Virus record (IMG/VR): IMGVR_UViG_3300037506_000184
Coordinates: 1-64,000 of that record
Direction: 5' to 3' (one strand)
Length of the DNA stretch: 64,000 nt
DNA from: a virus
Shown piece by piece: positions 1 to 8,729 of the stretch. Position 1 is the first letter of the stretch. Each line of letters begins with the position of its first letter. A model generated the notes under the pieces. The model was not told the DNA's origin. It saw nothing but the letters and a program-made list of their open reading frames with translations, and did not search any database. Made by a program: the position numbers and the translations under genes.

Positions 1-280
1 CTTCTCGGCGATCGCCAAGAGCGCGGCGCCGCTGTCGACCTTGGCGACCTTGGCGCAGGCCATGATCGAGGCGACGCGCGTGACGAGCGCGTAGTCGCCG
101 TTCACGGGCTTGTCCGGCAGCGCGCCGGCCACGAAGCCGGGAGGAGGATTGTGCTTCTCCATCAGCTCCTTGCCCTTCGCCTCCATCGCCTGACGATGCT
201 CGGCGAGAGCGCCGCCGATGACGTCCTTGATCGACGCATCGAGCTCTTTCTTCGTCATGTTGATGACCGGGGCTCCCATG
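1..280 (-). CDS. Probable major capsid protein, N-terminal ~93 codons only (runs off the left edge)
   Basis: ATG at 280-278 is preceded by GAGGAGAA, 29 nt downstream of the protease stop. The frame stays open to position 1 (MGAPVINMTKKELDASIKDV...). The call rests on the protease-then-capsid gene order, not on capsid motifs. Confidence 0.4.
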
Positions 281-309
281 TTTTCTCCTCCCCTCGCGGG
301 TTCGTTTCG

Positions 310-1704
310 TCAGTCGAGCCGGCCCGTAGCGCGGCGCATGAATGATTGCTCCTGCTCCGCCAGCGCGGGCAGGACGTCGGTGGCGACGAGCTCGCGCAGC
401 TCGGCGCGGAATGCCTCCTGAGTCAGCGGCTGGCCGTCGACGTGGATCACGGGTTCGTCGGCGCCGGTGCTGGTATCCGCCGCCGCCGGAATCTCGATCC
501 CTTCCTCGGCAGCGATCGCATCGGCCTCTTTCGCGAAGCCGAAGAGCCGAAGCGTGGCGACGAGCTTCTCGGCCGGCAGCGACTCGGCCTTCATCGAGCG
601 GCGGAGGCCCGCGCACGACGCAACGAACCCGTCCCACGACTCCGGCGAGCGATCCCAGGGGGCCACTTCGCCGAGGCTCCGATAGTGCTGGCCGATGAAG
701 CGGCGGATTGCGGGAAGGTCGGCAGCCGGGATGTCCTTCTCGCCGAGGCGCGCGCTTGCGACGCGTACGGACTCGATCGACTCCAGCGTGTGCGCCTTCT
801 CGTAGGCGGTCGCGCCCTCGCTCTTCGAGCAGTCGGGGCAGATCTCCTTCGGCAGGAAGGCGGTGAGCCCGTCGGCGATGACGGGGTGCTCCTCGCAAAG
901 GTCCTTCGCGTTGCTTGCCACCGGAGCCTCCTTCCCCTGCTCGGAATCGCTGCGCCGGAACTCGATGTTGCCCCCGCCGTCGACGCTGAGCGCGATCGTC
1001 TCCGGCAAGCTCGCCTGCGCGTCCTTGCCGAGCGGGATCGACCAGGCCTTCTCGGTCCGAACGACGCGGTACATCGCCTCGGCGTCGGCGCGCTTCACCC
1101 AACCGCCGGGCCCGTCGATCCGATCGAGGAGGCTCTCGGCGTAGGTCTTCAACGCCTTGACGTTGATGCCCTCGGAAGCGGCGCGGATGAGCGCGTTCGC
1201 GTTCGCCGGCACGGCGACCATGGAGTGCTCGAGCAACTCCTGGGCGTTGAAGTTGTAGCCGCCGCGCGTCTCGTCGAACATCCACTCCATCGGGTCGAAG
1301 CCAACGGACGTGGCGCGCATGAAGCGCCCGCGGTAGAGCGCGTGGATGACCTTCGCCAGCTCGAACTCGTCGACCGCGAACTGATCGATGGCGATCAACT
1401 GCCGGTCACGGACGACGACGTCGACGGCCTGGGCGACCGAGAGGCCGGCGTAGTCGTGACCGACCAGAACAACCGGGTTCGCCCGATAGTTCTCGAGCTT
1501 CCACCCGGTGAGGCTGATCACGTCCTTGTCGCGATCGACGGAATCGTCGGAGATGACGAATTCGAGAGCGTTCGGGATGCCCTCGACCTGCTTGGCGGGA
1601 TGGGCGAGGCCCTTGCGGAGACAGGCGTGGGCGGGGGCTTGGCCGCTCTTGACGAGCGTTCCCCACTCGCTTCGTTCCATGATCCCCGCGGGCTCGTTCG
1701 GCAC
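310..1704 (-). CDS. HK97-family prohead serine protease (peptidase S78-like) with a ~250-aa C-terminal extension (possible scaffold)
   Basis: The N-terminal half has the family pattern: EFVISDDSVDRDKDVI, VVLVGHDY, ATSVGF, ELLEHSMVAVPANANAL. The C-terminal half is acidic and helical, like fused scaffolds. Confidence 0.85.
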   Translation of the reverse strand: MPNEPAGIMERSEWGTLVKSGQAPAHACLRKGLAHPAKQVEGIPNALEFVISDDSVDRDKDVISLTGWKLENYRANPVVLVGHDYAGLSVAQAVDVVVRDRQLIAIDQFAVDEFELAKVIHALYRGRFMRATSVGFDPMEWMFDETRGGYNFNAQELLEHSMVAVPANANALIRAASEGINVKALKTYAESLLDRIDGPGGWVKRADAEAMYRVVRTEKAWSIPLGKDAQASLPETIALSVDGGGNIEFRRSDSEQGKEAPVASNAKDLCEEHPVIADGLTAFLPKEICPDCSKSEGATAYEKAHTLESIESVRVASARLGEKDIPAADLPAIRRFIGQHYRSLGEVAPWDRSPESWDGFVASCAGLRRSMKAESLPAEKLVATLRLFGFAKEADAIAAEEGIEIPAAADTSTGADEPVIHVDGQPLTQEAFRAELRELVATDVLPALAEQEQSFMRRATGRLD

Positions 1705-1747
1705 TTCGTTCTCTCCCGAGCCCGGGAGGGTTTGAGCAAAAGAAAAA

Positions 1748-1784
1748 GGCCGCCCGGGCTCTTGTCCCAGAGCGGCCTCTTTTT
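1748..1784. terminator. Bidirectional terminator-like hairpin between the 67-aa gene and the protease gene
   Basis: AAAAA-GGCCGCccggGCTCTtgtcccAGAGCGGCC-tcTTTTT, with an A-run on one side and a T-run on the other. The stem has an internal bulge, so its strength is uncertain. Confidence 0.35.
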
Positions 1785-1859
1785 GGGCTTGCTCTCGTGT
1801 CTTGTGATTACGCGACTACGGGTAGCACCAAACTGCGGGTGGAGTCAAGCGGCGATTCG

Positions 1860-2063
1860 TCATCGCGACGTCGAGCGACGCCGTCTTGCTGTCGCCATCA
1901 ACTCCTGAATCGACTCGTGCATCTCGGTCGTCCTTCGCAGCCTCGCCCTCGTCGCGCGGTTCAGCTCTCGGCAGAATCGTTGCAGCGTCGGGCTCGAGCC
2001 CTGGCCGTGGCGTGGAATCTTGCCGTGCTTTCGGCTGCCAATTCCGCCGCGGCCGGAGATCAT
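1860..2063 (-). CDS. Hypothetical basic 67-aa protein
   Basis: An internal ATG at 2063 overlaps the upstream stop as ATGA (MISGRGGIGSRKHGKIPRHG...). It is the tail of an otherwise implausible 169-aa ORF. Confidence 0.4.
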   Translation of the reverse strand: MISGRGGIGSRKHGKIPRHGQGSSPTLQRFCRELNRATRARLRRTTEMHESIQELMATARRRRSTSR

Positions 2064-2287
2064 CTCGGCGTCTGCACCTCGAGCACGCGCGGCACCGCTC
2101 GCACGTGCTGCTCCTCGAGCCTGACGGTTAGTTTCCCGTTCTGCGCCGCGGCCGTCAGGCAGAAGTAGTCGTGGTCGCGCATGCGCGGCAGCAGCTCGGC
2201 GATCAGCTCGACCAGCTCGGCTTCGCGATCGGTCGTGACGTGGATCAGGCGACCGTCGCGGGTGCGGATTGCGGCGGGCTGGCTCAC
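2060..2287 (-). CDS. Hypothetical 75-aa protein
   Basis: A GTG start overlaps the AAA ATPase stop (GTGA). The composition is plausible (…IHVTTDREAELVELIAELLPRMRDHDYF…). Confidence 0.5.
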   Translation of the reverse strand: MSQPAAIRTRDGRLIHVTTDREAELVELIAELLPRMRDHDYFCLTAAAQNGKLTVRLEEQHVRAVPRVLEVQTPR

Positions 2288-3291
2288 GGGGTTGCCCCTG
2301 CCGCCATCGCGAACAACTCCGCCAGCGTGCAGTTGCTATCGCTCGGCCCCTGCGCAGCGCCACGCTCACGGAGCCACGCTTCTGCTTCCGTGCCCGAGAA
2401 CCTCCCGAACTCGACCCTCCCCATGCACCTCCCCTGCCTCGTCAGCGAGTCGTCGAGCGCTTCTTCCGTCGTCGCCGTGATGAGCATCGCGAGGCGGAGG
2501 CCCTGGCCGATGAAGCCTTCGAGCGCATTCAGCACGCGCGATCTGCTCGCCCCGCCGATCTTGCCAGTCGCGATGTCGTCGGCGTCCTCGAGCACGAGCA
2601 CGCGCGGCGCGTCGTCGCCAAGCAGCACGGAGAGCATGTAGTCGGCATCGCCGAAGAACGTGTCAGGATCGACGATGTAGTGCGCCTCGATCCCGCGCTC
2701 TGCCCAGGCGCGGAGAAGCGCACGGATCGCGTACGTCTTGCCTGTTCCCGGCGGTCCGAGGAAGAGCAGCAAACGCTCCGGGCTCGCCTTCTCCAGCGCA
2801 GCGAGGGATGCACGCGTCACCTCGGGATAGTTCGTAGCGATGTCCGAGAACGTCGGCGCGTCGATCTGGCGGTAGCGCACCTGCGCCCCGAACGTCGGGT
2901 TGTACGACCAGAACGCAACACGGATCGCTCCGGCGGCGCGCGTCGGCGGCGGGAGGATGCGAGCGATGTCTCGCGCCACGCTGCGCGCCTGCTCGGCCTT
3001 CTCGCTCGCGACTGTCCACGAGACGAAGCCGTCGCCAATCTCCAGGAGCACGAGAGCGCCGTTGAACTCACTGACGATGTGCTCGTAGCCTTCGCCCTCG
3101 GTCTCGGCGATGACAGACGCGCCGTAGCGCTCGAAGAGCCAGGCTGCATCGGCTGACGTGGCGCGGCTGCCGCTCGCCATGAATACGCGGCCCGCCTCGC
3201 GGCTTCGCGCGTAGAAGATCGCGCCGGCGGCGTGGTAGAGCTGGAAGCGGGAGGTGTCGGTGATCAGGTTGGTGGTCGCGCCGCTAGGCAT
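2284..3291 (-). CDS. Classic-clade AAA+ ATPase with a ~150-aa N-terminal domain
   Basis: Walker A is LFLGPPGTGKTY and Walker B is VLVLEDADD. The segment LTRQGRCMGRVEF resembles the classic AAA RPGRFD segment. Confidence 0.8.
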   Translation of the reverse strand: MPSGATTNLITDTSRFQLYHAAGAIFYARSREAGRVFMASGSRATSADAAWLFERYGASVIAETEGEGYEHIVSEFNGALVLLEIGDGFVSWTVASEKAEQARSVARDIARILPPPTRAAGAIRVAFWSYNPTFGAQVRYRQIDAPTFSDIATNYPEVTRASLAALEKASPERLLLFLGPPGTGKTYAIRALLRAWAERGIEAHYIVDPDTFFGDADYMLSVLLGDDAPRVLVLEDADDIATGKIGGASRSRVLNALEGFIGQGLRLAMLITATTEEALDDSLTRQGRCMGRVEFGRFSGTEAEAWLRERGAAQGPSDSNCTLAELFAMAAGATP

Positions 3292-3451
3292 GTCCGACCT
3301 CGGGCGGCGCTAGCACGATCGCGCGCTCCTCGGCGGTCAGCGGCCCGCCCACCACGATCGCCATGGCCGCCAGTCGATCGTCGTCGTTTGGCGCGAATGG
3401 ACGAAGTGCTTCGTTCAACCTCTCGGTCAAGTCGCGCTCCTCGTCGGTCAT
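3284..3451 (-). CDS. Hypothetical 55-aa protein (below the ORF-track size cut-off)
   Basis: Hand translation gives [55 protein letters not shown]. Its ATG shares TGATG with the upstream stop, and its stop overlaps the ATPase ATG by 8 nt. Confidence 0.35.
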   Translation of the reverse strand: MTDEERDLTERLNEALRPFAPNDDDRLAAMAIVVGGPLTAEERAIVLAPPEVGHA

Positions 3452-3786
3452 CACGCTCGCTCCGATCGCTTCAGTTCTCCGCGCTCAACGGCGGCGTGGA
3501 GCATCTCTCCTGTCGGGTTGTCAGGCAGGGGACGCCAGAACTGCGGCGCCGAAGGCAGAACCCGAACGTCAACCCATCCCCCCCGTCCCGGTAGCACCGC
3601 CAGAAACCTACCGAGCGGAAACTCCGCTCGAACGGTCTCCGGCTCGTAGGGCTGCAGCGCATTTCTCTCGCCCACATAGACCAGGCCACGATCCCAGAAG
3701 AGGAAGAGCTGCTTCCCGGACTCCGCCGTCCGTGCTGGCGGCTCCGTCTCGGTTACGGGCCGCCATCCCTCGGGGGCGTCCATCAC
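3451..3786 (-). CDS. Hypothetical ~110-aa protein
   Basis: The ATG at 3783 forms an ATGA overlap with the stop of the Thr/Pro-repeat gene. No recognisable motif. Confidence 0.5.
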   Translation of the reverse strand: MMDAPEGWRPVTETEPPARTAESGKQLFLFWDRGLVYVGERNALQPYEPETVRAEFPLGRFLAVLPGRGGWVDVRVLPSAPQFWRPLPDNPTGEMLHAAVERGELKRSERA

Positions 3787-4409
3787 CGATCAACTCTCAG
3801 CCACGACGAGACAACCGCGTTCGCGCTCGACGCCGTCACCCTCACACGCATCTTCGCGCACCACTGCGTCACCTCGAACGCGCCGTCCGCTGCCGTGAGA
3901 TCCGTCGTCGATCCGCCCGGACTCGTCGGCACGGCGAACTCAGGGCCACCCCATGTGTCGATGGGCGTGCAGAGCAAGTTGACCGTCGCGCTCGTTCCCG
4001 TGCGCTTGATCGGCACCGTCTTTCGCCCACCACCGGCCGGCAGATACTCCGACGTGCAGGGTGGTGTCGGGCATGGATGCTCGACCCAGAACGAGCCGCG
4101 CTCGTCTTTCGTCGGTGTTGGCGTAGCCGTCTTGGTCGGCGTCACCGTCGGCGTGTCGGTGACCGTCGGTGTCACGGTCGGTGTTGGCGTGCGCGTTGCC
4201 GTTGGCGTTCGAGTCGGTGTCGCCGTCGGTGTGTTGGTGGGAGTGTCGGTCGGCGTCGCGGTTGGGGTTGGAGTAGCCGTCGGCGTCGCAGTGTCCGTCG
4301 CCGTCGGCGTGTCCTCCGGTGTGTCGGTCGGTGTCGGCGACTGCCCGAGCGCCGGCGACACCAGCGCGAGCAGAAGGCCCAGGCCCAGCAGAATCGTTCC
4401 CCGTCTCAT
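3783..4409 (-). CDS. Secreted protein with an N-terminal Thr/Pro repeat linker and a ~100-aa Cys-containing globular C-terminus
   Basis: The signal peptide is [24 protein letters not shown]. About 75 residues of TPTxTPT repeats follow. The start overlaps the small-terminase stop. Confidence 0.65.
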   Translation of the reverse strand: MRRGTILLGLGLLLALVSPALGQSPTPTDTPEDTPTATDTATPTATPTPTATPTDTPTNTPTATPTRTPTATRTPTPTVTPTVTDTPTVTPTKTATPTPTKDERGSFWVEHPCPTPPCTSEYLPAGGGRKTVPIKRTGTSATVNLLCTPIDTWGGPEFAVPTSPGGSTTDLTAADGAFEVTQWCAKMRVRVTASSANAVVSSWLRVDR

Positions 4410-5017
4410 CCCGTCTTCCTCCTCCTCCTCGGGGCACTTTTCTCTTTCCGCTCTTTTGCCGATCCGAGCAAGTCGACGATACGGTCGCGCTTTTCCTCAA
4501 CCGTCAGGTGCGCCCACGGCTCGGACCCGTCCGGCGTCGTCGGCGCAACCTTCGTCGGCTTGTACCATCCGAAGTGACGCGTGATCTGATCGAGTGCGGT
4601 TTGCTTGTCCCAAAACTTGAACTCGATCACTTCGACGGGTTGCGCCGTCTCGCCGGTACCTTCGACACAACGCCTCACCTTGATCGAGGCGATCGCCTTC
4701 AGCGCAATCTTCGGAATGTCACTGGGCCGACGGAGAATGAAACGGTCCCCGTCGACATCGAACAACTGCGATAGGTCTGATTCGGCGATCGGCTCGAGCT
4801 GAGAGATCACTCGCTCCTGCGTCCATTCGGTCTTTTTCGACAGCGCATCGCGCGCCTTCTGGATAGCGGCGGCTATACCAGGTTTTGCCAGGTTCTCCGC
4901 CGCAATCTGATTCGCCGTTCGCTGGCTATACCCGGCGCGGATCGCCGCCTGTGTTGCGTTGAGGTCGACGAGGTACTCCTCGACGAACCGTTGCTGCTTT
5001 GCCGAGAGCTTACCCAC
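4406..5017 (-). CDS. terS: Terminase small subunit (Terminase_2 / P27-like)
   Basis: Family motifs present: [41 protein letters not shown] and a later [19 protein letters not shown] prefer the GTG at 5017, just after the upstream stop at 5023. The ORF track extends the frame to 5089. Confidence 0.8.
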   Translation of the reverse strand: MGKLSAKQQRFVEEYLVDLNATQAAIRAGYSQRTANQIAAENLAKPGIAAAIQKARDALSKKTEWTQERVISQLEPIAESDLSQLFDVDGDRFILRRPSDIPKIALKAIASIKVRRCVEGTGETAQPVEVIEFKFWDKQTALDQITRHFGWYKPTKVAPTTPDGSEPWAHLTVEEKRDRIVDLLGSAKERKEKSAPRRRRKTG

Positions 5018-5022
5018 GATTC

Positions 5023-5310
5023 CTACGCCCCCGCTTCCCCGCTCGCTGCCTCTCCGCCCACGCCGTCGATCCTGACCCGATTCCCCCACGCGCGCCGGAT
5101 CAACCGCGCGATCTCGCCGAGCAGCGGGATCTGCCGCTCGCGGTGCCAGGAGATCTGGTCGAACGCCTTGAAGAGCTTCTCTCGCGTGTCACGGTGGCGG
5201 ACGCGCTCCTCGATCAACACGAGAGCGATCTGTCTCGCTGCCGGGTCGCTCGTCTCCTTGGCGAAGCGGCGGATGATGTCGTCACTCGGAATTCGCGTTA
5301 CCTGTCCCAT
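5023..5310 (-). CDS. Hypothetical 95-aa protein
   Basis: The internal ATG at 5310 has a GAGGAGG RBS (MGQVTRIPSDDIIRRFAKETSD...). The upstream part of the 182-aa ORF is Arg-rich noise. Confidence 0.5.
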   Translation of the reverse strand: MGQVTRIPSDDIIRRFAKETSDPAARQIALVLIEERVRHRDTREKLFKAFDQISWHRERQIPLLGEIARLIRRAWGNRVRIDGVGGEAASGEAGA

Positions 5311-5372
5311 CGGTCCTCCTCGGGGTTGAAGAAGGCGGGGGCAATGCCCCCGCTCTCGTTGTCGCTCGCTCC

Positions 5373-5873
5373 TCAGCCCGCCCAACCGCTCGCGCTGCAT
5401 TCGGGCGCGGCGGCAGTCTCCATCACGAGCCCGCTCTTCAGCGCCTGCAAGAACGCGTACGTCCCGGCGTGCACGACGCTGCCCGGCTCGATGGCGTTCG
5501 TGATGTCGGCGTCGAGAGACACGAGCAGGACCTTCAGCAGCGAGAGCCCACGGCTCACGCGCTTGCCCCACTTGCCGACGGGCCGGAGCGCCGTCTCCAA
5601 TTCGGGCAGCGACGGGCTCGACGTGAGCAGCAGCGATGCCGCCGCATCGACCGATGCTCTCGCCTGCATGACCTCATCGCTGCCAAGGTCGCTGATCTCC
5701 TCGGCGGCGAACTGGCCGGCCGCCTCGCCGATCGTCGTTGCCTTCGCGATGTCCTTCGGATCGGGGTTGTCGCCGCTGAAGACGCTCCCGATCTTCGAGC
5801 CGCATCCAGAGACCATGAGCATCGCGGCGATCGCTACCGCCACCGCTTCCCTCGTCCACTTCATTCCCAACAT
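5373..5873 (-). CDS. Lipoprotein, function unknown
   Basis: Signal peptide with lipobox AAMLMVSG-C. Confidence 0.6.
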   Translation of the reverse strand: MLGMKWTREAVAVAIAAMLMVSGCGSKIGSVFSGDNPDPKDIAKATTIGEAAGQFAAEEISDLGSDEVMQARASVDAAASLLLTSSPSLPELETALRPVGKWGKRVSRGLSLLKVLLVSLDADITNAIEPGSVVHAGTYAFLQALKSGLVMETAAAPECSASGWAG

Positions 5874-5924
5874 CGTCCTACCTCCTCGTCTCGGCCGGCC
5901 GTCGCCGGCAGGTTGATTTGCTCC

Positions 5925-7625
5925 TCACTCCGGACACACGCACCGACACGGCGCCTTGCACTGGCCCGCCGTTGAAGTCTTCGTCGGGATCGGTGTTCGG
6001 GTTGGGATCGGTGTCCGTGTCGGCGTTGCCTTCGTCGCCGTTCGCGTCGCTGTTCCCATTCTCGTCGCCGTGCTCGTTGCACTCGGGGGCACGACCGTAG
6101 TCGACGTCGGGATCTGGACTGGTGCCGCTGACTCCCACACCTCGATCGCGTTCGCGGCGCAGTTTCCCGTGCGCGGATCGACGCCGGGCCCCGAGTCATC
6201 GCGGAGCACATGGAGAACGCCGTCGACAAATTCCGGGTTGAAGTACGTCGTGCCCGGATTCATCCGCTGGAGCGCTGCGCCGGTCCTCGCGTCATAGAGC
6301 GCGATGCCGTCGGAGGCGACAGCGATCACGTCGCCGCTGGCCGCGAGAACGAGCTGCTCCTGGAGGCGTTCCGGCCAGTACGGGCAACTGTCGCGGCGCG
6401 GCACGATCGGCGCCGGCGAGGACCAGAGCACGTCGAGCGTCGTTCGATCATAGGCGCGGATCTCGGGCCCGTCGATCGTCCAGGCAATGGCAACGATGCG
6501 GTCGGGACCGACGAGAGGCGCGTCCTGGATCGTGAGCGGCACCTGCCCGACGTCACGCTCGGCCACGATCTCGAGCGTCGGCAGCTCCAGCGCAGCGAAG
6601 GCGCGTGAGGCGCCACCGACCTGGATGAGCCCTTGCGGGAAGCGATCGTATTCCGTCTGCCGGTAGGTGTAGAGCCGGACCCCGTCGGTTGAGAGCGATC
6701 CCCACGATCCCGGCCGCGAGAAGAGCCGCGCATCCGCACCACGCTTGGAGGTTTCCCACGTGCAAAGCCCATCGGTGCACGGCGGTGGCGGCGCGATCAG
6801 ACGATCCGGGAAGGCCGCGCTCACGACCGTGTTGGTGACCAGGTAGCGGCCGGCGTACACGGCATCGTTGGCGATCGAATACCCGAGAGGCTCGCGGTGC
6901 TGCTCTGCCGCGGCGTTCGGGACTCTCCCGAGCCACGACCAGAGACAACCGAGGTTCGGGTTGCCGTATGGCATCGCGTAGCGGCAGAGGTACTGACCGC
7001 CGCCGTGCCACTGCCGGCGGGAGATGTGTGTGAGCTCGCTATCGTCGTCGCGGCACGTGATCGGCCCGAAAACGTCGCTCTCGCGCCGCATCGAAACGAA
7101 ATCGTTCGTGAAGCGTAGAAAGCCCGACTCCATCAGGAACCCACCAACGTGCGCGGTCCCAAGCCTGCCGGCGCTCGGCGAGACGTAGGAGCTGAACTGG
7201 CAGGGGTGGTGTCCGGAGTCGGTCTCGATGCCAGCCTTCGGTGAGTACGACTCGAGCCAGTAGAGCCGCGGCCGATAGGTCGTCGACGATGGCCCGACGT
7301 CTTTCCAGCCGCGGCAGCGGTCGACGTAGGCGAACCACTTGCCCGAACCGTGCGCGAAGCTCGGATCGCCGCCGACGACGCTGCCGCCAATCATGGCGAC
7401 GCAGTCGCGAATCGTGAGCGTGTCGATCTGCACGGCATCGGTCGGCGTCCACTCGCCGGAGAGGAAGCGTTGGATCCTGATCTCGTTCGTCCGCACGAGC
7501 GGAGCCGATACCTGCGTCTGCGCCCAACCGGAGTGCCGCTCGTCGCGGCGGAATTGGCTCCAGTCCTCGGCGAACGCGGGCGCCGGAAGCAGAGAGACCA
7601 TGAGCAGCAAGACGGCCAGCATCAT
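5925..7625 (-). CDS. Secreted PQQ/BamB-like beta-propeller protein with a C-terminal Thr/Pro-rich, Cys-ending tail
   Basis: Signal peptide MMLAVLLLMVSLLPAPAFA. The motif EDWSQFRRDERHSGW is typical of PQQ-like propeller N-termini. The tail reads TRTPIPTRTPIPTKTST...CKAPCRCVCPE. Confidence 0.65.
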   Translation of the reverse strand: MMLAVLLLMVSLLPAPAFAEDWSQFRRDERHSGWAQTQVSAPLVRTNEIRIQRFLSGEWTPTDAVQIDTLTIRDCVAMIGGSVVGGDPSFAHGSGKWFAYVDRCRGWKDVGPSSTTYRPRLYWLESYSPKAGIETDSGHHPCQFSSYVSPSAGRLGTAHVGGFLMESGFLRFTNDFVSMRRESDVFGPITCRDDDSELTHISRRQWHGGGQYLCRYAMPYGNPNLGCLWSWLGRVPNAAAEQHREPLGYSIANDAVYAGRYLVTNTVVSAAFPDRLIAPPPPCTDGLCTWETSKRGADARLFSRPGSWGSLSTDGVRLYTYRQTEYDRFPQGLIQVGGASRAFAALELPTLEIVAERDVGQVPLTIQDAPLVGPDRIVAIAWTIDGPEIRAYDRTTLDVLWSSPAPIVPRRDSCPYWPERLQEQLVLAASGDVIAVASDGIALYDARTGAALQRMNPGTTYFNPEFVDGVLHVLRDDSGPGVDPRTGNCAANAIEVWESAAPVQIPTSTTVVPPSATSTATRMGTATRTATKATPTRTPIPTRTPIPTKTSTAGQCKAPCRCVCPE

Positions 7626-7951
7626 CGCACTTCACCCGATCCACGAAGCGCTGTTTCGTGAGCCTCGACCTCGTCGAGAAACTGCTCAGCGAGCAGCGCG
7701 CACGTCGCCGTGTAGCTTGCCGTCGCCTGGGCCTGCTTGATCGCCTCAAGGTCGGCGATGAACTGCGGCGTCGCCATGATCGAGATGCGTTCTTCGTGGC
7801 CGGGATGAGTGCCGCCGCATTCGCGTGATACGATCGGCGCCGTTTTGGCGATCTCGGCGGCGACGTTGGGTGTTGCGGCGCGGTGGGCGGCGGCGCCTAT
7901 CGCGATGCCGGTCGCCATCGTCAGGGCTCCGAGCGTGATCGGTGTTCTCAT
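7622..7951 (-). CDS. Small secreted protein, 109 aa
   Basis: The ATG at 7951 forms an ATGA overlap with the upstream stop. The N-terminus is signal-like (MRTPITLGALTMATGIAIGAAA). Confidence 0.45.
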   Translation of the reverse strand: MRTPITLGALTMATGIAIGAAAHRAATPNVAAEIAKTAPIVSRECGGTHPGHEERISIMATPQFIADLEAIKQAQATASYTATCALLAEQFLDEVEAHETALRGSGEVR

Positions 7952-8409
7952 GGCTCGCACCTTTCCGGGTGTGTCAGCACCCGCAGTAGGAGCTGCCTCA
8001 CGTGCGCAGGCGCGCAGCAGCCGGCCCACGCGACCGCGGCCTCGCAGTCGGCGCGCACCAGCGCGTCACCGCCCGTCGCGTCCGCCGCTCGCGCTCCCGC
8101 CGCGTCGCGGACCGCTGGGCCCTCGGTCAGCGGCGGTAGCGGTAGCGGGTGGGTGGCGCAGCCGGTGAGCAGGGCGGCGAGTAACACCACGCACGCCGCG
8201 ACCGCCTTGCGCCGCCTCTCGGCGTGGTATTGACGCGCCGCCAGAACTCCGACCACGGCAGGAATGACAACGAATCCGCCGTGATCCCAGACGTGTTCGA
8301 GTATGCCTGCGACGGCGAAGGTGATCTCCGCCGCAAGCACGCATAAACCGGCCGCGAAAATCCCGAATCCGAACGCGTCGAGAAACCGCGCCATGGTGTT
8401 CTTGCTCAT
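7948..8409 (-). CDS. Membrane protein with two or three TM helices followed by an in-frame lipobox segment
   Basis: Only the last 153 codons of the 405-aa ORF look real (MSKNTMARFLDAFGFGIFAAGLCVLAAEI...). An internal RRRKAVAACVVLLAALLTG-C looks like a lipoprotein signal. Confidence 0.5.
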   Translation of the reverse strand: MSKNTMARFLDAFGFGIFAAGLCVLAAEITFAVAGILEHVWDHGGFVVIPAVVGVLAARQYHAERRRKAVAACVVLLAALLTGCATHPLPLPPLTEGPAVRDAAGARAADATGGDALVRADCEAAVAWAGCCAPAHVRQLLLRVLTHPERCEP

Positions 8410-8729
8410 GCGATCCTCCGAATCGGCACAACCTTCGCCGGCCTGACGTACATCCGCGCCGACACCTCGCGCCGCGACGGCAGCCGGTGGTCCCTGCGAG
8501 CCCGTGTCACGTAGTCGGCAACCTGGATCTCGGCCGCGCGCGTCCCGTCGAGCCAGCACGCAAGCGCCTCGATCCGGTCGGCGAACGAGTCTCGTGACAA
8601 CGCTCGGACGAATCGACGCCAATGCGGATCGCGCGTCGCTTCGTTGCGCTCGCGAAGACTCGCCCACGGGAGCTGGTCGACGCGGGCGAGAAACCGCCAG
8701 GCCGTCGGCGGTAGGCGTTCCCAGCGCAT
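8406..8729 (-). CDS. Hypothetical 107-aa protein
   Basis: The ORF is flanked by coupled neighbours. No motif recognised. Confidence 0.45.
   Translation of the reverse strand: MRWERLPPTAWRFLARVDQLPWASLRERNEATRDPHWRRFVRALSRDSFADRIEALACWLDGTRAAEIQVADYVTRARRDHRLPSRREVSARMYVRPAKVVPIRRIA

Noticed and set aside
346-1908. 520-aa plus-strand ORF
   Set aside because: It lies antisense to the well-supported prohead protease. Its Arg/Gly/Leu/Asp-rich composition is typical of open antisense frames in high-GC DNA, and it has no motifs.
3363-4584. 404-aa and 229-aa plus-strand ORFs over the Thr/Pro-repeat gene
   Set aside because: They are mirror frames of periodic repeat DNA (Arg-rich or VGV-rich). The minus-strand frame has a signal peptide and coupled start and stop codons.
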